Positions 30,334 through 40,260 of a stretch of DNA of 58,516 nt are shown in pieces. The DNA is taken from positions 1 through 58,516 of the forward strand of contig JAEOTX010000078.1 of NCBI GenBank assembly GCA_016839605.1, in the 5' to 3' direction. This DNA comes from Candidatus Thorarchaeota archaeon. GTDB lineage: Archaea > Asgardarchaeota > Thorarchaeia > Thorarchaeales > Thorarchaeaceae. A model generated the notes under the pieces. The model did not search any database and was not told where the DNA came from. It saw only the letters and a program-made list of their open reading frames with translations. Every line of letters starts with the position of its first letter. Positions within the stretch are counted from its first letter, which is position 1. The translations under genes and the position numbers were made by a program.

Positions 30334-30924
30334 TTAGACTATGTCCTTGATAACATCATTGCCCTGTAGGGTCCCCCATGAACAGAATTTCAATCTCTGC
30401 CACCTCGGAAATACCTTCTCAACTCCCAAGAGGCTAGCGAAATGCATTGAAAGAACGAGTCCATGTGATATGACAAGCGCCTCTTTGAAGCCGCCTTTGT
30501 TCGTAATCTTCTTCAGACCTGCTTGAAAGCGAGCCATGGCATGCTCCCTAAACTCCCATCCAGGAATTGCATCATGCCTGTTCAAAATGCATTCTACGGA
30601 TTGCAGATACTCAACATTAGAGAGGAATCTTCCTTTTGATCTGTCAAGCTCTCTGAGTTCTGGATAGCTATCAATATCGATTCCGAGTCTATCAGCAAAG
30701 GGACGAGCCGTTTGCAACGCCTTTGGTTCAGGAGATGAGATGATACTGTCAATAGAATCAAAGATACCCATGGAGGCAAGATTTCTAGCCTGACGAAAGC
30801 CTTCCTCTGTGAGTAACCACTCATGAGCCGGGATTTTTTCGTCAATCGCAGTCTCCGCATGTCTCATCAGATGTAAGAGGCCAATCATGATAGATTTCAT
30901 CAAGTCTATTCCAGCACCTCCCAA
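30334..30924 (-). CDS. Histidine phosphatase (phosphoglycerate mutase-like) family protein
   Basis: LMRHAET, SSPEPKALQTA, LRE and ISHG motifs. Confidence 0.88.
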   Translation of the reverse strand: MGGAGIDLMKSIMIGLLHLMRHAETAIDEKIPAHEWLLTEEGFRQARNLASMGIFDSIDSIISSPEPKALQTARPFADRLGIDIDSYPELRELDRSKGRFLSNVEYLQSVECILNRHDAIPGWEFREHAMARFQAGLKKITNKGGFKEALVISHGLVLSMHFASLLGVEKVFPRWQRLKFCSWGTLQGNDVIKDIV

Positions 30925-30976
30925 TGATTGTATCGCTTACCTCTGGATTTATCATTTCGAGTGACGACGATTCAAC

Positions 30977-31384
30977 GTGGCTGCTGAGAAGAATCCAGAG
31001 GTGATGGGAATGGCAGGTATCATATTCCTTCGAACTGAGAATCTAGACGAAACCATTCAATTCTATACTGAGAGATTGGGCATGATTGTGTGGCTTGAGC
31101 AGAAGGGGTGCACAATTCTCAATCATGGAAATCTGCTTCTTGGATTTTGTCAGAAGGATGTATGTGAAACCGAGGGAGTGCTCACCTTCTTTTCGGAAAC
31201 AAAAGAAGATGTAGACAGGATGTATTGTGAACTTCAGGACATTGCTACAACCTCCCCCGAGAAGAATGACATCTATAACATATACCAGTTCTATGCAACA
31301 GATCCGGAAGGTAGAACATTGGAGTTTCAGTCGTTCTTACACGGGCTGAAACGGATTAAAATAGAGCAATTCCTGCATGGGTAG
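30977..31384 (+). CDS. VOC/glyoxalase family protein
   Basis: FYTERLG and FYATDPEGRTLEF motifs. Confidence 0.88.
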   Translation: MAAEKNPEVMGMAGIIFLRTENLDETIQFYTERLGMIVWLEQKGCTILNHGNLLLGFCQKDVCETEGVLTFFSETKEDVDRMYCELQDIATTSPEKNDIYNIYQFYATDPEGRTLEFQSFLHGLKRIKIEQFLHG

Positions 31385-31396
31385 ACCAAGACGTGT

Positions 31397-31990
31397 TTAT
31401 AGCGCTACAAAATCACTGGTGGCGCTGTCCCAGCCAAGCTTCTTTGCCTTCTTGAAGGCTTCACTAGATTCCTTATGCTTGCCAAGAATCCAAAGCAAAA
31501 GACGTAGCTTGTTCCAGAGGTCAGGATTCTCTGGGTCAGCCTTGATTTCCCTTCTAACGCCTTTCTCAATTTGCTTGAAAGTCTTAATTTCTCTCTTGCG
31601 CTCTTTCTTGGCAGCTTCAAGAACTTCATGAATGTGGTCTGAAGAACGTACAAACTGATAGGAGAGAAATTCCGCTGGAGCACCCCTTATTGCGGCATTG
31701 AGTGCAGACTGGGGGGTATCGGCAGCTCTCCATAGTTCACCATCAACTAGTTGTTTCTCACAACCGCCTTGCATGAAAGTTAGAAGTGATTCTAAATGCG
31801 ATGTTACTGGGTGGTCTTCTCCTAGCAAGTGCTGAGCTTGGGTCCATTCGAAATACACTACTTCACGACCGATGTTGTCAAGGATTCGAGGAGAGCAACC
31901 TATCTTCTTCAGGTCAGTGACTAGATTCTTGACTGAATACTTCTTCCTCTTCGTGAGTTTGGTAGACTTTTTCCCAGACATTCTCCTCAC
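31397..31990 (-). CDS. Hypothetical protein with C-terminal TPR-like repeat
   Basis: DPENPDLWNKL...LGKHKESSEAFKKA. Confidence 0.65.
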   Translation of the reverse strand: MRRMSGKKSTKLTKRKKYSVKNLVTDLKKIGCSPRILDNIGREVVYFEWTQAQHLLGEDHPVTSHLESLLTFMQGGCEKQLVDGELWRAADTPQSALNAAIRGAPAEFLSYQFVRSSDHIHEVLEAAKKERKREIKTFKQIEKGVRREIKADPENPDLWNKLRLLLWILGKHKESSEAFKKAKKLGWDSATSDFVAL

Positions 31991-32056
31991 CTACTGAAGC
32001 ACTATAGCAAGTACTTCTGGGATTAGATAAATAAACTCCATATGGACCATGGATTC

Positions 32057-32827
32057 CTAGAAGGGTAATTGAAGCAGCATCCAAGCAGGAAGCGGGACAA
32101 ATAGTCGAACATAGATACTGGTGACCAATAGGAGAAGTGATGCAAATAGAACCGCCCAGTCCCTCTTTCTGAACTTCAATAGTTCCATGTACGTTCGATT
32201 CTCACTAGCTCCGAATCCCCTCGATTCCATACTCTCAGCTACAGACAATGCTCTTCTTATTGATACAATGATGAGAGGAACTATGATTGGTACTATGTTG
32301 CGGATACGCTTCAGAACGTTTCCTTTGTCCAACTCGACCCCACGTGCCTTCTGGGCATCCATGATTGCATAGGCTTCCTGACCGAGTGTGGGAACATATC
32401 TCATAGCCATACTCATAGCAAAAGCAAACTCGAAACGAACGCGCATCTGAATAAGGGCTTGGGCGAGCTGGTCAGGATGCACTGTTAAGAAGAAAATAGA
32501 GAAAGATGTCATCAACGCAAGAAGTCTGATAGCTAGTGCTATTGAATGGGAGAACGGATTTGATACGGTCGAGAGAAGTGTGTTGAAGATGATGATAAAG
32601 AGCAACAGATAGGACATCCCTTTCATACTACGAGCCCATCTTCGAAGTGATTTGGCTGACGCAAGAAGTGGAATCATGGCCATTAGGATTATCATTAGTG
32701 GAACAATGTTCAAGAAAAGTAGAGAAATAGCAGCAAGCGTGAACGCTAGCATCATTTTGGACCGCGGATCAAGATTGTGAACCAAAGATTCCTGACGAGT
32801 ATATTGGAATACTTCAAGGAATGACAT
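32057..32827 (-). CDS. ecfT: ECF transporter transmembrane component
   Basis: LDPRSK, AQKARG and MESRGF motifs. Confidence 0.93.
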   Translation of the reverse strand: MSFLEVFQYTRQESLVHNLDPRSKMMLAFTLAAISLLFLNIVPLMIILMAMIPLLASAKSLRRWARSMKGMSYLLLFIIIFNTLLSTVSNPFSHSIALAIRLLALMTSFSIFFLTVHPDQLAQALIQMRVRFEFAFAMSMAMRYVPTLGQEAYAIMDAQKARGVELDKGNVLKRIRNIVPIIVPLIIVSIRRALSVAESMESRGFGASENRTYMELLKFRKRDWAVLFASLLLLVTSIYVRLFVPLPAWMLLQLPF

Positions 32828-33654
32828 TACGGCACCACTCCAAGTATTTCAGAAACAGCATTTTCCAACTCTGATAACAGTGCTAAACGCTCCGGCACCT
32901 GTGGAAAGACCTTGTGAAGCGCTCGTGCCGCCACTGTCAGCTGCGGTGGTGTCAAAGAACAACGCTCTAGAACATCTTCATTGCTTAAGACAGAGCTTGT
33001 AGAGCCGTCGGCGACAATCCTTCCGTCAGCCATTGCTATTGTTCTTGGGAAGTTTTCGATTACGAACTCAACGTCGTGTGTCACGACTATCACTGTTCTC
33101 TCCCGCTCATTGAGGTCCAACAACATGGATGCCAGTCGCTCTTTCTGATGTGCATCCTGACCAATGGTTGGTTCGTCAAGTGCAAGCACCCTCGGCTCCG
33201 TGGCTAATACAGTCGCCAGTGCAACACGCTTCCGTTCGCCTCCAGAAAGAGCAAACGGAGACCGTTCTGCAAGTCCCTCCAGTCCAAGATTCTTCAGGGT
33301 CTGAGTACACTGTTCATTCGCTTCTTCAGGAGAAAAGCCCAGGTTCTTCAGCCCAAATTCAATCTCTTTTCTTACACTATCGAGAAACAGCTGGTGGTCA
33401 GGGTTCTGCCAGACCAGACCGACAGTCCTTGAGAGTTCTGCAATTGAAAGACTCTTTGCATCAGTTCCGTCAACAATTACTCTTCCATGCTGAGGTCGTA
33501 GAAGACCATTCATATGTTTGATCAGCGTCGTCTTGCCCGCTCCGTTGGTGCCCATTATTGCAACACGTTCACCCTTTTCTATCTGAAGAGAGACTCCTTG
33601 GAGCGCCGTGTAGATGCCATCATAGGAAAAGTGAATGTCTTCAACCAGTATCAT
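32827..33654 (-). CDS. ecfA: ECF transporter ATPase
   Basis: GTNGAGKT, QNPDHQL, LSGGE and LDEPT motifs; adjacent to ecfT. Confidence 0.92.
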   Translation of the reverse strand: MILVEDIHFSYDGIYTALQGVSLQIEKGERVAIMGTNGAGKTTLIKHMNGLLRPQHGRVIVDGTDAKSLSIAELSRTVGLVWQNPDHQLFLDSVRKEIEFGLKNLGFSPEEANEQCTQTLKNLGLEGLAERSPFALSGGERKRVALATVLATEPRVLALDEPTIGQDAHQKERLASMLLDLNERERTVIVVTHDVEFVIENFPRTIAMADGRIVADGSTSSVLSNEDVLERCSLTPPQLTVAARALHKVFPQVPERLALLSELENAVSEILGVVP

Positions 33655-34499
33655 GAACTAGTCACCTCCCCGACCAGCATCGCGAGCTCTTCGCCAGTGA
33701 GAGGGACCCGACTCAGTTCAATACCCTTTGTCTGAAGTCGTTTGTAGACCTGTGTTGCTTTTGGAATCCCCACTCCAATCTCCATTGAGATGTCCTGCGG
33801 CAAGATATCTCGTGGAGCACCATCAGCTACAATCTGCCCCTTGTCCAATAGAATGATTCTAGATGCATCCTTAGCCACCAAGTCCAGCCTATGCTCTACA
33901 AGAATGACAGTCATTCCGTTTCGCTTGTTAAGTTCAGAAATGATATCTAGTATCAATTCGGCACTCTTTGGATCAAGGTTAGATGTGGGTTCGTCAGCCA
34001 CCAACACTTTCGGCTTCAGAGCCAGCGTGGCAGCCATAGCAAGACGTTGTTGTTCTCCACCACTCATCTCATGGGGGTGTTTTTCTCTAAGATGTTCGAG
34101 ATTCAATAGGTCAATAATCTCTTCGACTCGTTTTCTGATTTCCTGGGGCTCCACCCCGAGATTCTCCGGCCCAAAAGCAAGTTCCTTCTCCACGTTCAGT
34201 GTAACTAGCTGATTCGCTGGATTCTGAAAAACCAAGCCAACTGATGATGCCAACAAAGCTACTGTTGCATCACGTGTATTCTGTCCATCAACATACACAT
34301 TTCCTGCAATGTACCCTCTATGAAAATGCGGGACAAGGCCGTTAATGGCTCGGCACAATGTTGTTTTACCACATCCAGATGGCCCAGTTATGACTACATA
34401 TTCACCCTCATTGATTGATGCACTGACCTTGCGTAGAGCAAGAGAATCAGCTCCCAGATACTTGAAACTAAAATCTGCGAACTCCACCAAGGCCATCAA
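33651..34499 (-). CDS. ecfA: ECF transporter ATPase
   Basis: GPSGCGKT, FQNP, MSGGEQQR and DEPT motifs. Confidence 0.92.
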   Translation of the reverse strand: MMALVEFADFSFKYLGADSLALRKVSASINEGEYVVITGPSGCGKTTLCRAINGLVPHFHRGYIAGNVYVDGQNTRDATVALLASSVGLVFQNPANQLVTLNVEKELAFGPENLGVEPQEIRKRVEEIIDLLNLEHLREKHPHEMSGGEQQRLAMAATLALKPKVLVADEPTSNLDPKSAELILDIISELNKRNGMTVILVEHRLDLVAKDASRIILLDKGQIVADGAPRDILPQDISMEIGVGIPKATQVYKRLQTKGIELSRVPLTGEELAMLVGEVTSS

Positions 34500-34509
34500 T
34501 GTACGCCTC

Positions 34510-35508
34510 CTAACCTACTTTCTCTCCTACGCTTTTTTCTATTGCTGATTGCAGAAGCTCAAGTGCCTTGGTCATCCCCTCACTTCGATTCTTAGTGCCA
34601 TTTGCTCCAGCTGCGTTGGCATGTCCTCCTCCCTCGCCTCCTATGATTTTGCCGATATGCTCCATTACATCGGTTCCAAGGTTTACGCCAGTTTCTGAAG
34701 AAAAGTGACGGGTACTTCGCGAACTGAATCTAACGACACCCTTTGAGGTCTTACCTGCGACAATAGCTACATCCGCTCCAATCTCAATCATGGCCCTGCA
34801 TGCACTCGCCTCATAAGCTCCAATCTTGGATATGGCGACAATCCAGTCGTTCATATTATGTACCTGCAGTCTTCCCGCAGCTTTCAGCCTAGCAATCCTC
34901 TCGGATCTGTCAGGCTTGATAATCAAGGACCGTATGCATGAGTCATAGTTGGCACCTGCATCTATGAGTTTCACAGCCATTAGAAACGAGTCACGTCCTG
35001 AGTGGAAGAATCGACGGGTATCAAACAGCATACCTGTAAGAAGCAGATTGGCCATGGTAGACGAAATGGGGACATCCAAGTCATCGTATAAACCAATGAC
35101 AAGTTCACACGTGGAAGAGGTATTACTATCGACTATCTGATGCTGCGCTATTGATGATAGTTCGGAATTGACTTCATGATGGTCAATAGCAACGGTTCTA
35201 GCTGGGTCAGTGAGAAGTGTTCGCACACGAGGCCCCAGCTGAAATTCACTATTGGTGTCCAAAAGGATGACAAGATCATGTGTGTCCTCGGAAAAATCAG
35301 AATAGGTGACGTCTATTGAGAAATGACTCAGGACCTGATTGGCCAAACGGCTTACATCATCACAAACGAGCGTAGCTTTACCCTCAGGGCGAATTGCCAG
35401 ATATAGATCTCTCATCGCAATCATTGAGCAAATAGCATCAGGATCAGCATTCTGATGACCTAATATCAGGGGGTTCAATGATTCAGTGAGAAGAGACCTG
35501 AGGTTCAA
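34510..35508 (-). CDS. DHH/DHHA1 family phosphoesterase
   Basis: HQNADPDA, DHH and GGGHANAAG motifs. Confidence 0.92.
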   Translation of the reverse strand: MNLRSLLTESLNPLILGHQNADPDAICSMIAMRDLYLAIRPEGKATLVCDDVSRLANQVLSHFSIDVTYSDFSEDTHDLVILLDTNSEFQLGPRVRTLLTDPARTVAIDHHEVNSELSSIAQHQIVDSNTSSTCELVIGLYDDLDVPISSTMANLLLTGMLFDTRRFFHSGRDSFLMAVKLIDAGANYDSCIRSLIIKPDRSERIARLKAAGRLQVHNMNDWIVAISKIGAYEASACRAMIEIGADVAIVAGKTSKGVVRFSSRSTRHFSSETGVNLGTDVMEHIGKIIGGEGGGHANAAGANGTKNRSEGMTKALELLQSAIEKSVGEKVG

Positions 35509-35816
35509 TCAGCCTTCAGCTCCTTCAGTCGTTTCTCCAACCATTCTGTACCATATCTTGCTGCACTATCCAGAATCTCATCAAGTTGGTGTCCAGTGTC
35601 ATAATTCTGTTCAAGATCTACCTGAACATCGACATCGAGCTCCTCATTAAATTCCAGAATACAGCTAACGGAGATTTCTGCTAAACTCTTCTTGGGAATC
35701 TTGCCAAGTATGAACTTGGTTATCTCGTCCTCACATTCCTCAGCCAGGTTCTCTATCTGCTGGGTGTTAAGACTGGGCAACCCAATCTCTGTAGGAGTGG
35801 GACTCATATGATTCAC
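35505..35816 (-). CDS. Conserved archaeal protein (DUF3194-like)
   Basis: IGLPSL...IENLAE N-terminus and position after pfdB. Confidence 0.65.
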   Translation of the reverse strand: MNHMSPTPTEIGLPSLNTQQIENLAEECEDEITKFILGKIPKKSLAEISVSCILEFNEELDVDVQVDLEQNYDTGHQLDEILDSAARYGTEWLEKRLKELKAD

Positions 35817-36175
35817 TGAACCTTTAGGTTTCGTGTGGAAATATCCAGCTGAATCTTCTTTGTCAGCTCTTCGATCCCCTTCCGGTCTTTTTCAGCACCC
35901 TTTGTCTTAGCTTCTAGCCAAATCTTGAGGTCACTCACTCTGCTCGTCAGCTCCTCCTGAAGCTGTGCCTTGTCAACCTGAAACATGATCTGGCCAACAG
36001 ACTTGTATGTGACTGCATCATCAGGGTGTTTCTTCAGTTCTTCCAGCGTGACCTCCGATTCTCTCAATTCAGACTGTCTGGTTTGTATTGCAGCCATTAG
36101 CTGTTCGAACTGACGTCTCATATTTTCAAGCTTCATAATCTCGTGTTCAAGCTCTGGTGGTATCTGTTGTGCCAT
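35813..36175 (-). CDS. pfdB: Prefoldin beta subunit
   Basis: Coiled coils flanking YKSVG; superoperon context. Confidence 0.92.
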   Translation of the reverse strand: MAQQIPPELEHEIMKLENMRRQFEQLMAAIQTRQSELRESEVTLEELKKHPDDAVTYKSVGQIMFQVDKAQLQEELTSRVSDLKIWLEAKTKGAEKDRKGIEELTKKIQLDISTRNLKVQ

Positions 36176-36232
36176 CGTTATCTATCCCTCTTGATGTGGG
36201 GTTTACTTCGCCTGCGCCATCTGGTAAGCGAC

Positions 36233-36496
36233 TTAAGGATTTTGGCCTAGGACTGCATCGATTGTATCGAGGCTCGCTGACACCCATGCGATATACGAGT
36301 TCATTGCGGCTCTCATCGAAGTCAAATCACCTGATGAAATCTGAATGACTAAGACTGAGCCGCGGACTGTTACTTCAGCAAGTGCTCTATCCGACGGAGC
36401 AGAGCCAGTTTCAGGGCTCAACGCGGAGCGAATCATTTCAGCCAGCTCCTCCGACTCTAATGGAATTTCAATGACGGCTCGTCCATGCTCTATCAA
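36233..36496 (-). CDS. pcc1: KEOPS complex subunit Pcc1
   Basis: ALSPE and DLTSMRAAMNSY motifs. Confidence 0.88.
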   Translation of the reverse strand: MIEHGRAVIEIPLESEELAEMIRSALSPETGSAPSDRALAEVTVRGSVLVIQISSGDLTSMRAAMNSYIAWVSASLDTIDAVLGQNP

Positions 36497-37065
36497 GCGG
36501 ACACCCTCCTCAAGTTGGAGATTCGAATGCGAGGGCCTATCTCTGATCCATTGCGTGTGTTATAGAATGTCCACAAGAGTTTCTCACTGGGAAGATCGGT
36601 AATTCTGATCTCAACCATGCCGGAACCAGCTTCACCTAGAATGACTGGATGTTGTTCGCTTCTCACATCAGTATCAAGAGTGGAGGCAATAACAGATGCA
36701 AGTTCTCGACCATTTGATGAGCAGGTATCTTCAACAGTAAGTCCATAGACAGAATGTATTCTAGATCCCTTATTCTCTGAGACCTCACGCCTAAGTGCAG
36801 CGCTCTCGATTTTGAGTTCCAATACGTCAGCATCAGTCGGATAAAGAAATCTGATGGTCCTTGGATTACCCTTCCAGATTGAAACAACTATTGCAAGCGT
36901 AGCACCAGATTGTTCCACTCTTGACCGCAACTCCGCAAGGCTCATGCCGCCTCGATTGAACCTCTCAGTGCCGGGCAGTACTGACCAGAGGTCTCGTACA
37001 AAAGATCGAACTCGGTTTGAAGTTTTGCGAGAGGTGGTAATCAATGCCTGGGGCAATGCTCTCAC
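36493..37065 (-). CDS. Brix-domain ribosome biogenesis protein
   Basis: LITTSRK...RSFVRDL, NRG, KGNP and GPRIRI motifs. Confidence 0.88.
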   Translation of the reverse strand: MRALPQALITTSRKTSNRVRSFVRDLWSVLPGTERFNRGGMSLAELRSRVEQSGATLAIVVSIWKGNPRTIRFLYPTDADVLELKIESAALRREVSENKGSRIHSVYGLTVEDTCSSNGRELASVIASTLDTDVRSEQHPVILGEAGSGMVEIRITDLPSEKLLWTFYNTRNGSEIGPRIRISNLRRVSA

Positions 37066-37079
37066 TGCCCTGAAGTTTC

Positions 37080-37487
37080 TTACTCGCTATCCTCAGGTTC
37101 CTCAATGGGAACATCTGAGTCTTCGTCAACGGTGACTGCTGCAACAACTTCCTCCTCAATATTCGGGAGGAACTCGGAAGGATCAACAGCCTCATCTTCG
37201 TCTCTCAACGCAAGAAAGTCACCTGAAACTCTCTGTGCAATTGCACGTTTTGCAGCCTTACCAGCATCAGTAAACGGAACATATGCGCCACCTGCAAAGC
37301 TCAGACCACACTTCTTGCAGTTCCAAAGGCCCACAGCCTTCCTAGTTAGTGCTCTTGTGGCACAAGATGGGCAACGTTGCGGATCAGCACGGCGCTTTTC
37401 AATATCAAGTACTCTACGTCGTAGCTTTGCACCGTACCTGGCACCGAACCTTCCGGTGCTGCCAACTTTCTTTGTCTTTCTTCCCAA
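37080..37487 (-). CDS. rpl37ae: 50S ribosomal protein L37ae (eL43) with acidic C-terminal extension
   Basis: KKVGSTGRFGARYG, CPSC...CKKC and FAGGAY motifs. Confidence 0.96.
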   Translation of the reverse strand: MGRKTKKVGSTGRFGARYGAKLRRRVLDIEKRRADPQRCPSCATRALTRKAVGLWNCKKCGLSFAGGAYVPFTDAGKAAKRAIAQRVSGDFLALRDEDEAVDPSEFLPNIEEEVVAAVTVDEDSDVPIEEPEDSE

Positions 37488-37598
37488 ACTGGTAATCTCC
37501 TAGTGTGGTCATATGGAGCGCCAAATCTCGGCACTCTGAATCTATCAGTCGCCCACCGATTGCGCTTATTAGCATATCTATCGGTGAAGAGAACAGAA

Positions 37599-37623
37599 CG
37601 TGTCCCGGACTAGCCGAAACACG
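37599..37623 (-). terminator. 10-bp hairpin plus U-rich tract after rrp42
   Basis: CGUGUUUCGG-CUAGU-CCGGGACACG followed by UUCUGUUCUCUU. Confidence 0.55.
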
Positions 37624-37632
37624 CATTGGTTC

Positions 37633-38463
37633 CTATTCTGTGCTCTTCATGGTATCAGTGATGAGCTTCCGAATCTCCTTGGCGCTCTCAAGCGCCATGC
37701 CCATTGCCTGGTCAATCATCTCAAGAGACATGGGACCAGCACCGCCACCTTTCTGCATGGCAGTGAAGTGTTCATCCTTGTCCACAGCCATGGTCAAACG
37801 GCAATCTTGGACGAACTCTTCTCTGAGAATTGGATCGATAACAAGGTGATCGCCAATCCTTGACACTGTATGCTCGATAGCCATGTTCTGAAGGGGCAGA
37901 GAGAGCTCTTTACCTGTAGCTACTGCCTTATCATCTTCCCACTTCATCTCCTGATACTTTGTACCAAGTAGGGCTGCATTGACCGCTATCGAAGATGCAT
38001 CAATCAAGTTGCCATCATGTTCAAGCGTGTAGACGTCTGCGAAGACCATATACACCATCTTACCTGGCTCGATGCATAATGCCTTGGTATCCAGAGTTTC
38101 AGACTCACGGACTCCTCTGTCAACGATTCTGGCTAGTTCTATAGCTGGCTCCTTTGGGGGACCCAACTCGAATAGAGGAGAGGCCATAGGTGCCAGCTCA
38201 GCTGTGACCATTGTAACACCCTGATCAGGTGTATCTGGATATGGCGCTCCTGTAAGGACTTTCACGCCAGCAACAACGGAAGATCCACCAATGCGAACAA
38301 TCGCAGATCCTTCTGCCTTAGCAGGCACTACATGGGGCTCAATTGTAATCTCTCTATACTTGTCAAAGGCTCGTCCATCAAGCCTCTCACCCTTGCTCAG
38401 GAGATCTTTAACGAAGTCCCTATCAATGTGGCTGATTATCTTTGAACCAGTCATTCTATTCAT
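37633..38463 (-). CDS. rrp42: Exosome subunit Rrp42
   Basis: RLDGR, AEGSA, ELARIVDRG, DGNLIDA and AMQK motifs. Confidence 0.95.
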   Translation of the reverse strand: MNRMTGSKIISHIDRDFVKDLLSKGERLDGRAFDKYREITIEPHVVPAKAEGSAIVRIGGSSVVAGVKVLTGAPYPDTPDQGVTMVTAELAPMASPLFELGPPKEPAIELARIVDRGVRESETLDTKALCIEPGKMVYMVFADVYTLEHDGNLIDASSIAVNAALLGTKYQEMKWEDDKAVATGKELSLPLQNMAIEHTVSRIGDHLVIDPILREEFVQDCRLTMAVDKDEHFTAMQKGGGAGPMSLEMIDQAMGMALESAKEIRKLITDTMKSTE

Positions 38464-39268
38464 CCTCCATTATGTCGGCTTCTCCGAGGTCAGTCTCGAG
38501 ATCGTCTTCATAATCATCCAACTCTTCATCCACGCCCTCGGGGGTCTTCTTTGAGTAGGATCGCTTCAGAGCGTCCTTCTGCAGTTCATGCAGATATTTG
38601 CAGGCATTGACGCCCATTTGCATGGCTTCCATGAGCTCTTCACGTGTGAATGACCCGTCTTGTTGAAGTAGAGTCAATTCATTTGTGCCTGGAAGAATAG
38701 CTAGTGGAACATCACCTTGACCGTATTTATCCTCCTCATCACCAAGATCTACAATAAGTGTACCTTCGGCTTTGCCAACAGCAACAGAGGGTACAAGCGA
38801 TCTCATAGGGATGCCAGCGTCAGCTAGCGCAAGCGAAGCTGCGTTAATTGCAGCACATCTAGTGCCACCATCCGCCTGGATGACCTGTATGAATACATCG
38901 ATCACAGCCTTTGGATATTGTTCTAAGAACAACACAGGTTGTAGTGCATTCGCAATAACCATAGAGATCTCGCGTTCTCTACGAGAAGGTGCCGGTCTCT
39001 TTCTGTCAGGAACTGAGAACGTGGCCATCCTGTAGACTACTCTGAGATAAGCTCGGTCATTGAGAGTCAAATGTCTGGGATGCAGCTCGCGCGGACCATA
39101 GACTGCAGCCAAGATGTAGGTCTTACCCTGCCTTATGGATGCTGACCCGTCTGCAGTCTTGAGTACGCCAACCTCCATCTGAATCGGCCTAAGCTCGTCA
39201 ACTCTTCTACCATCAAATCGTAAGCCCTCAGCGTTTAGCAAAGAGTCGGGTTTTACTTCTGGACTCAT
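38456..39268 (-). CDS. rrp41: Exosome catalytic subunit Rrp41
   Basis: DGRRVDELRP, VYGPRE, QADGGTR and EEDKYG motifs. Confidence 0.96.
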   Translation of the reverse strand: MSPEVKPDSLLNAEGLRFDGRRVDELRPIQMEVGVLKTADGSASIRQGKTYILAAVYGPRELHPRHLTLNDRAYLRVVYRMATFSVPDRKRPAPSRREREISMVIANALQPVLFLEQYPKAVIDVFIQVIQADGGTRCAAINAASLALADAGIPMRSLVPSVAVGKAEGTLIVDLGDEEDKYGQGDVPLAILPGTNELTLLQQDGSFTREELMEAMQMGVNACKYLHELQKDALKRSYSKKTPEGVDEELDDYEDDLETDLGEADIMEDE

Positions 39269-40209
39269 TATTTACTCACTTCCTCCTTAGTTTCAGTTTC
39301 TGTCTTGTCAGACTCAGTTTCTTCTTCTATGACATCTTTAGGTGAGTCATCCTTTACCTCATCGACTACTTCAGTCTCAGGGGGTTCATCAGGTACCACG
39401 GGCGCCTCACCTTCAGCCGTGTCCTTTTCTTTTCCTTCTTCAGCAGGCTCAGCAATTTCTTCAGCATCCCCAGAATCCTCGATATCTAGCGGCTCCTCTG
39501 CCACATCTTCTGGATGCCCTCCGCCACTAATCTTAGCCATCTCTTCTTCAAGCATCGTTTTCACACGATCTGTAAGCTTTGATGTGTGGGCTTGAGTCTC
39601 AATCATTTTGAACGCCTTTATTGCTAGGCGCATTACTTCAGTGCTTGACGTACGAATCCAAATCCGACCATTTTGACCAACCATTGTCTGGATTCGAAGA
39701 ATGTCCTGAATCATGTTGATCATTGATCCTCGTCTTCCAATCACACGCGGTATCTTTGCTGGACTGATATTGAGAATCATGCCGGATTCTAGGCGTCGCA
39801 GACCTCTTCCCTTCATTCCAAGAAAAGGTCCTGTCACCCTGTCAAATGCTATTATTTCAGCAGCAACGACATCTCCTATGTCCATGTATCTGCTGATATC
39901 GTCATCATATGGCCGTCGCAGTGCGTTGTTTGCATGAAGAGATGCCAAGTATGGCCCTCCGACGTCCACCTTCCAATTATTTCCCGTCACCATTGTAATG
40001 GTTCCGAGAACCAGATCGCCCTCTCGAGGAATGTAAACCCCCTCAAGTGCAACCACTTTGACGGTGTTGCCACGCAGCTCAGCGAGGCCCACCAATGCGG
40101 AGTATATCTTATCTCCGTCATCATAGGTCCCAAAAGAGGCTCGGTATCTGCCTTCAGCCAATAACTGTCCTGGGACCACTACTTCTCGTTTTTGAAAGTA
40201 TACTGCCAA
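39268..40209 (-). CDS. rrp4: Exosome RNA-binding subunit Rrp4 with long acidic tail
   Basis: VVPG, YIPREGD, KIPRVIGRRGSMI, GQNGRIW and AHTSKLT motifs. Confidence 0.95.
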   Translation of the reverse strand: MAVYFQKREVVVPGQLLAEGRYRASFGTYDDGDKIYSALVGLAELRGNTVKVVALEGVYIPREGDLVLGTITMVTGNNWKVDVGGPYLASLHANNALRRPYDDDISRYMDIGDVVAAEIIAFDRVTGPFLGMKGRGLRRLESGMILNISPAKIPRVIGRRGSMINMIQDILRIQTMVGQNGRIWIRTSSTEVMRLAIKAFKMIETQAHTSKLTDRVKTMLEEEMAKISGGGHPEDVAEEPLDIEDSGDAEEIAEPAEEGKEKDTAEGEAPVVPDEPPETEVVDEVKDDSPKDVIEEETESDKTETETKEEVSK

Positions 40210-40260
40210 TGTATTCCCTCATTTCAATTTGTTATCATCAATATGTTCTATTCATAACCG

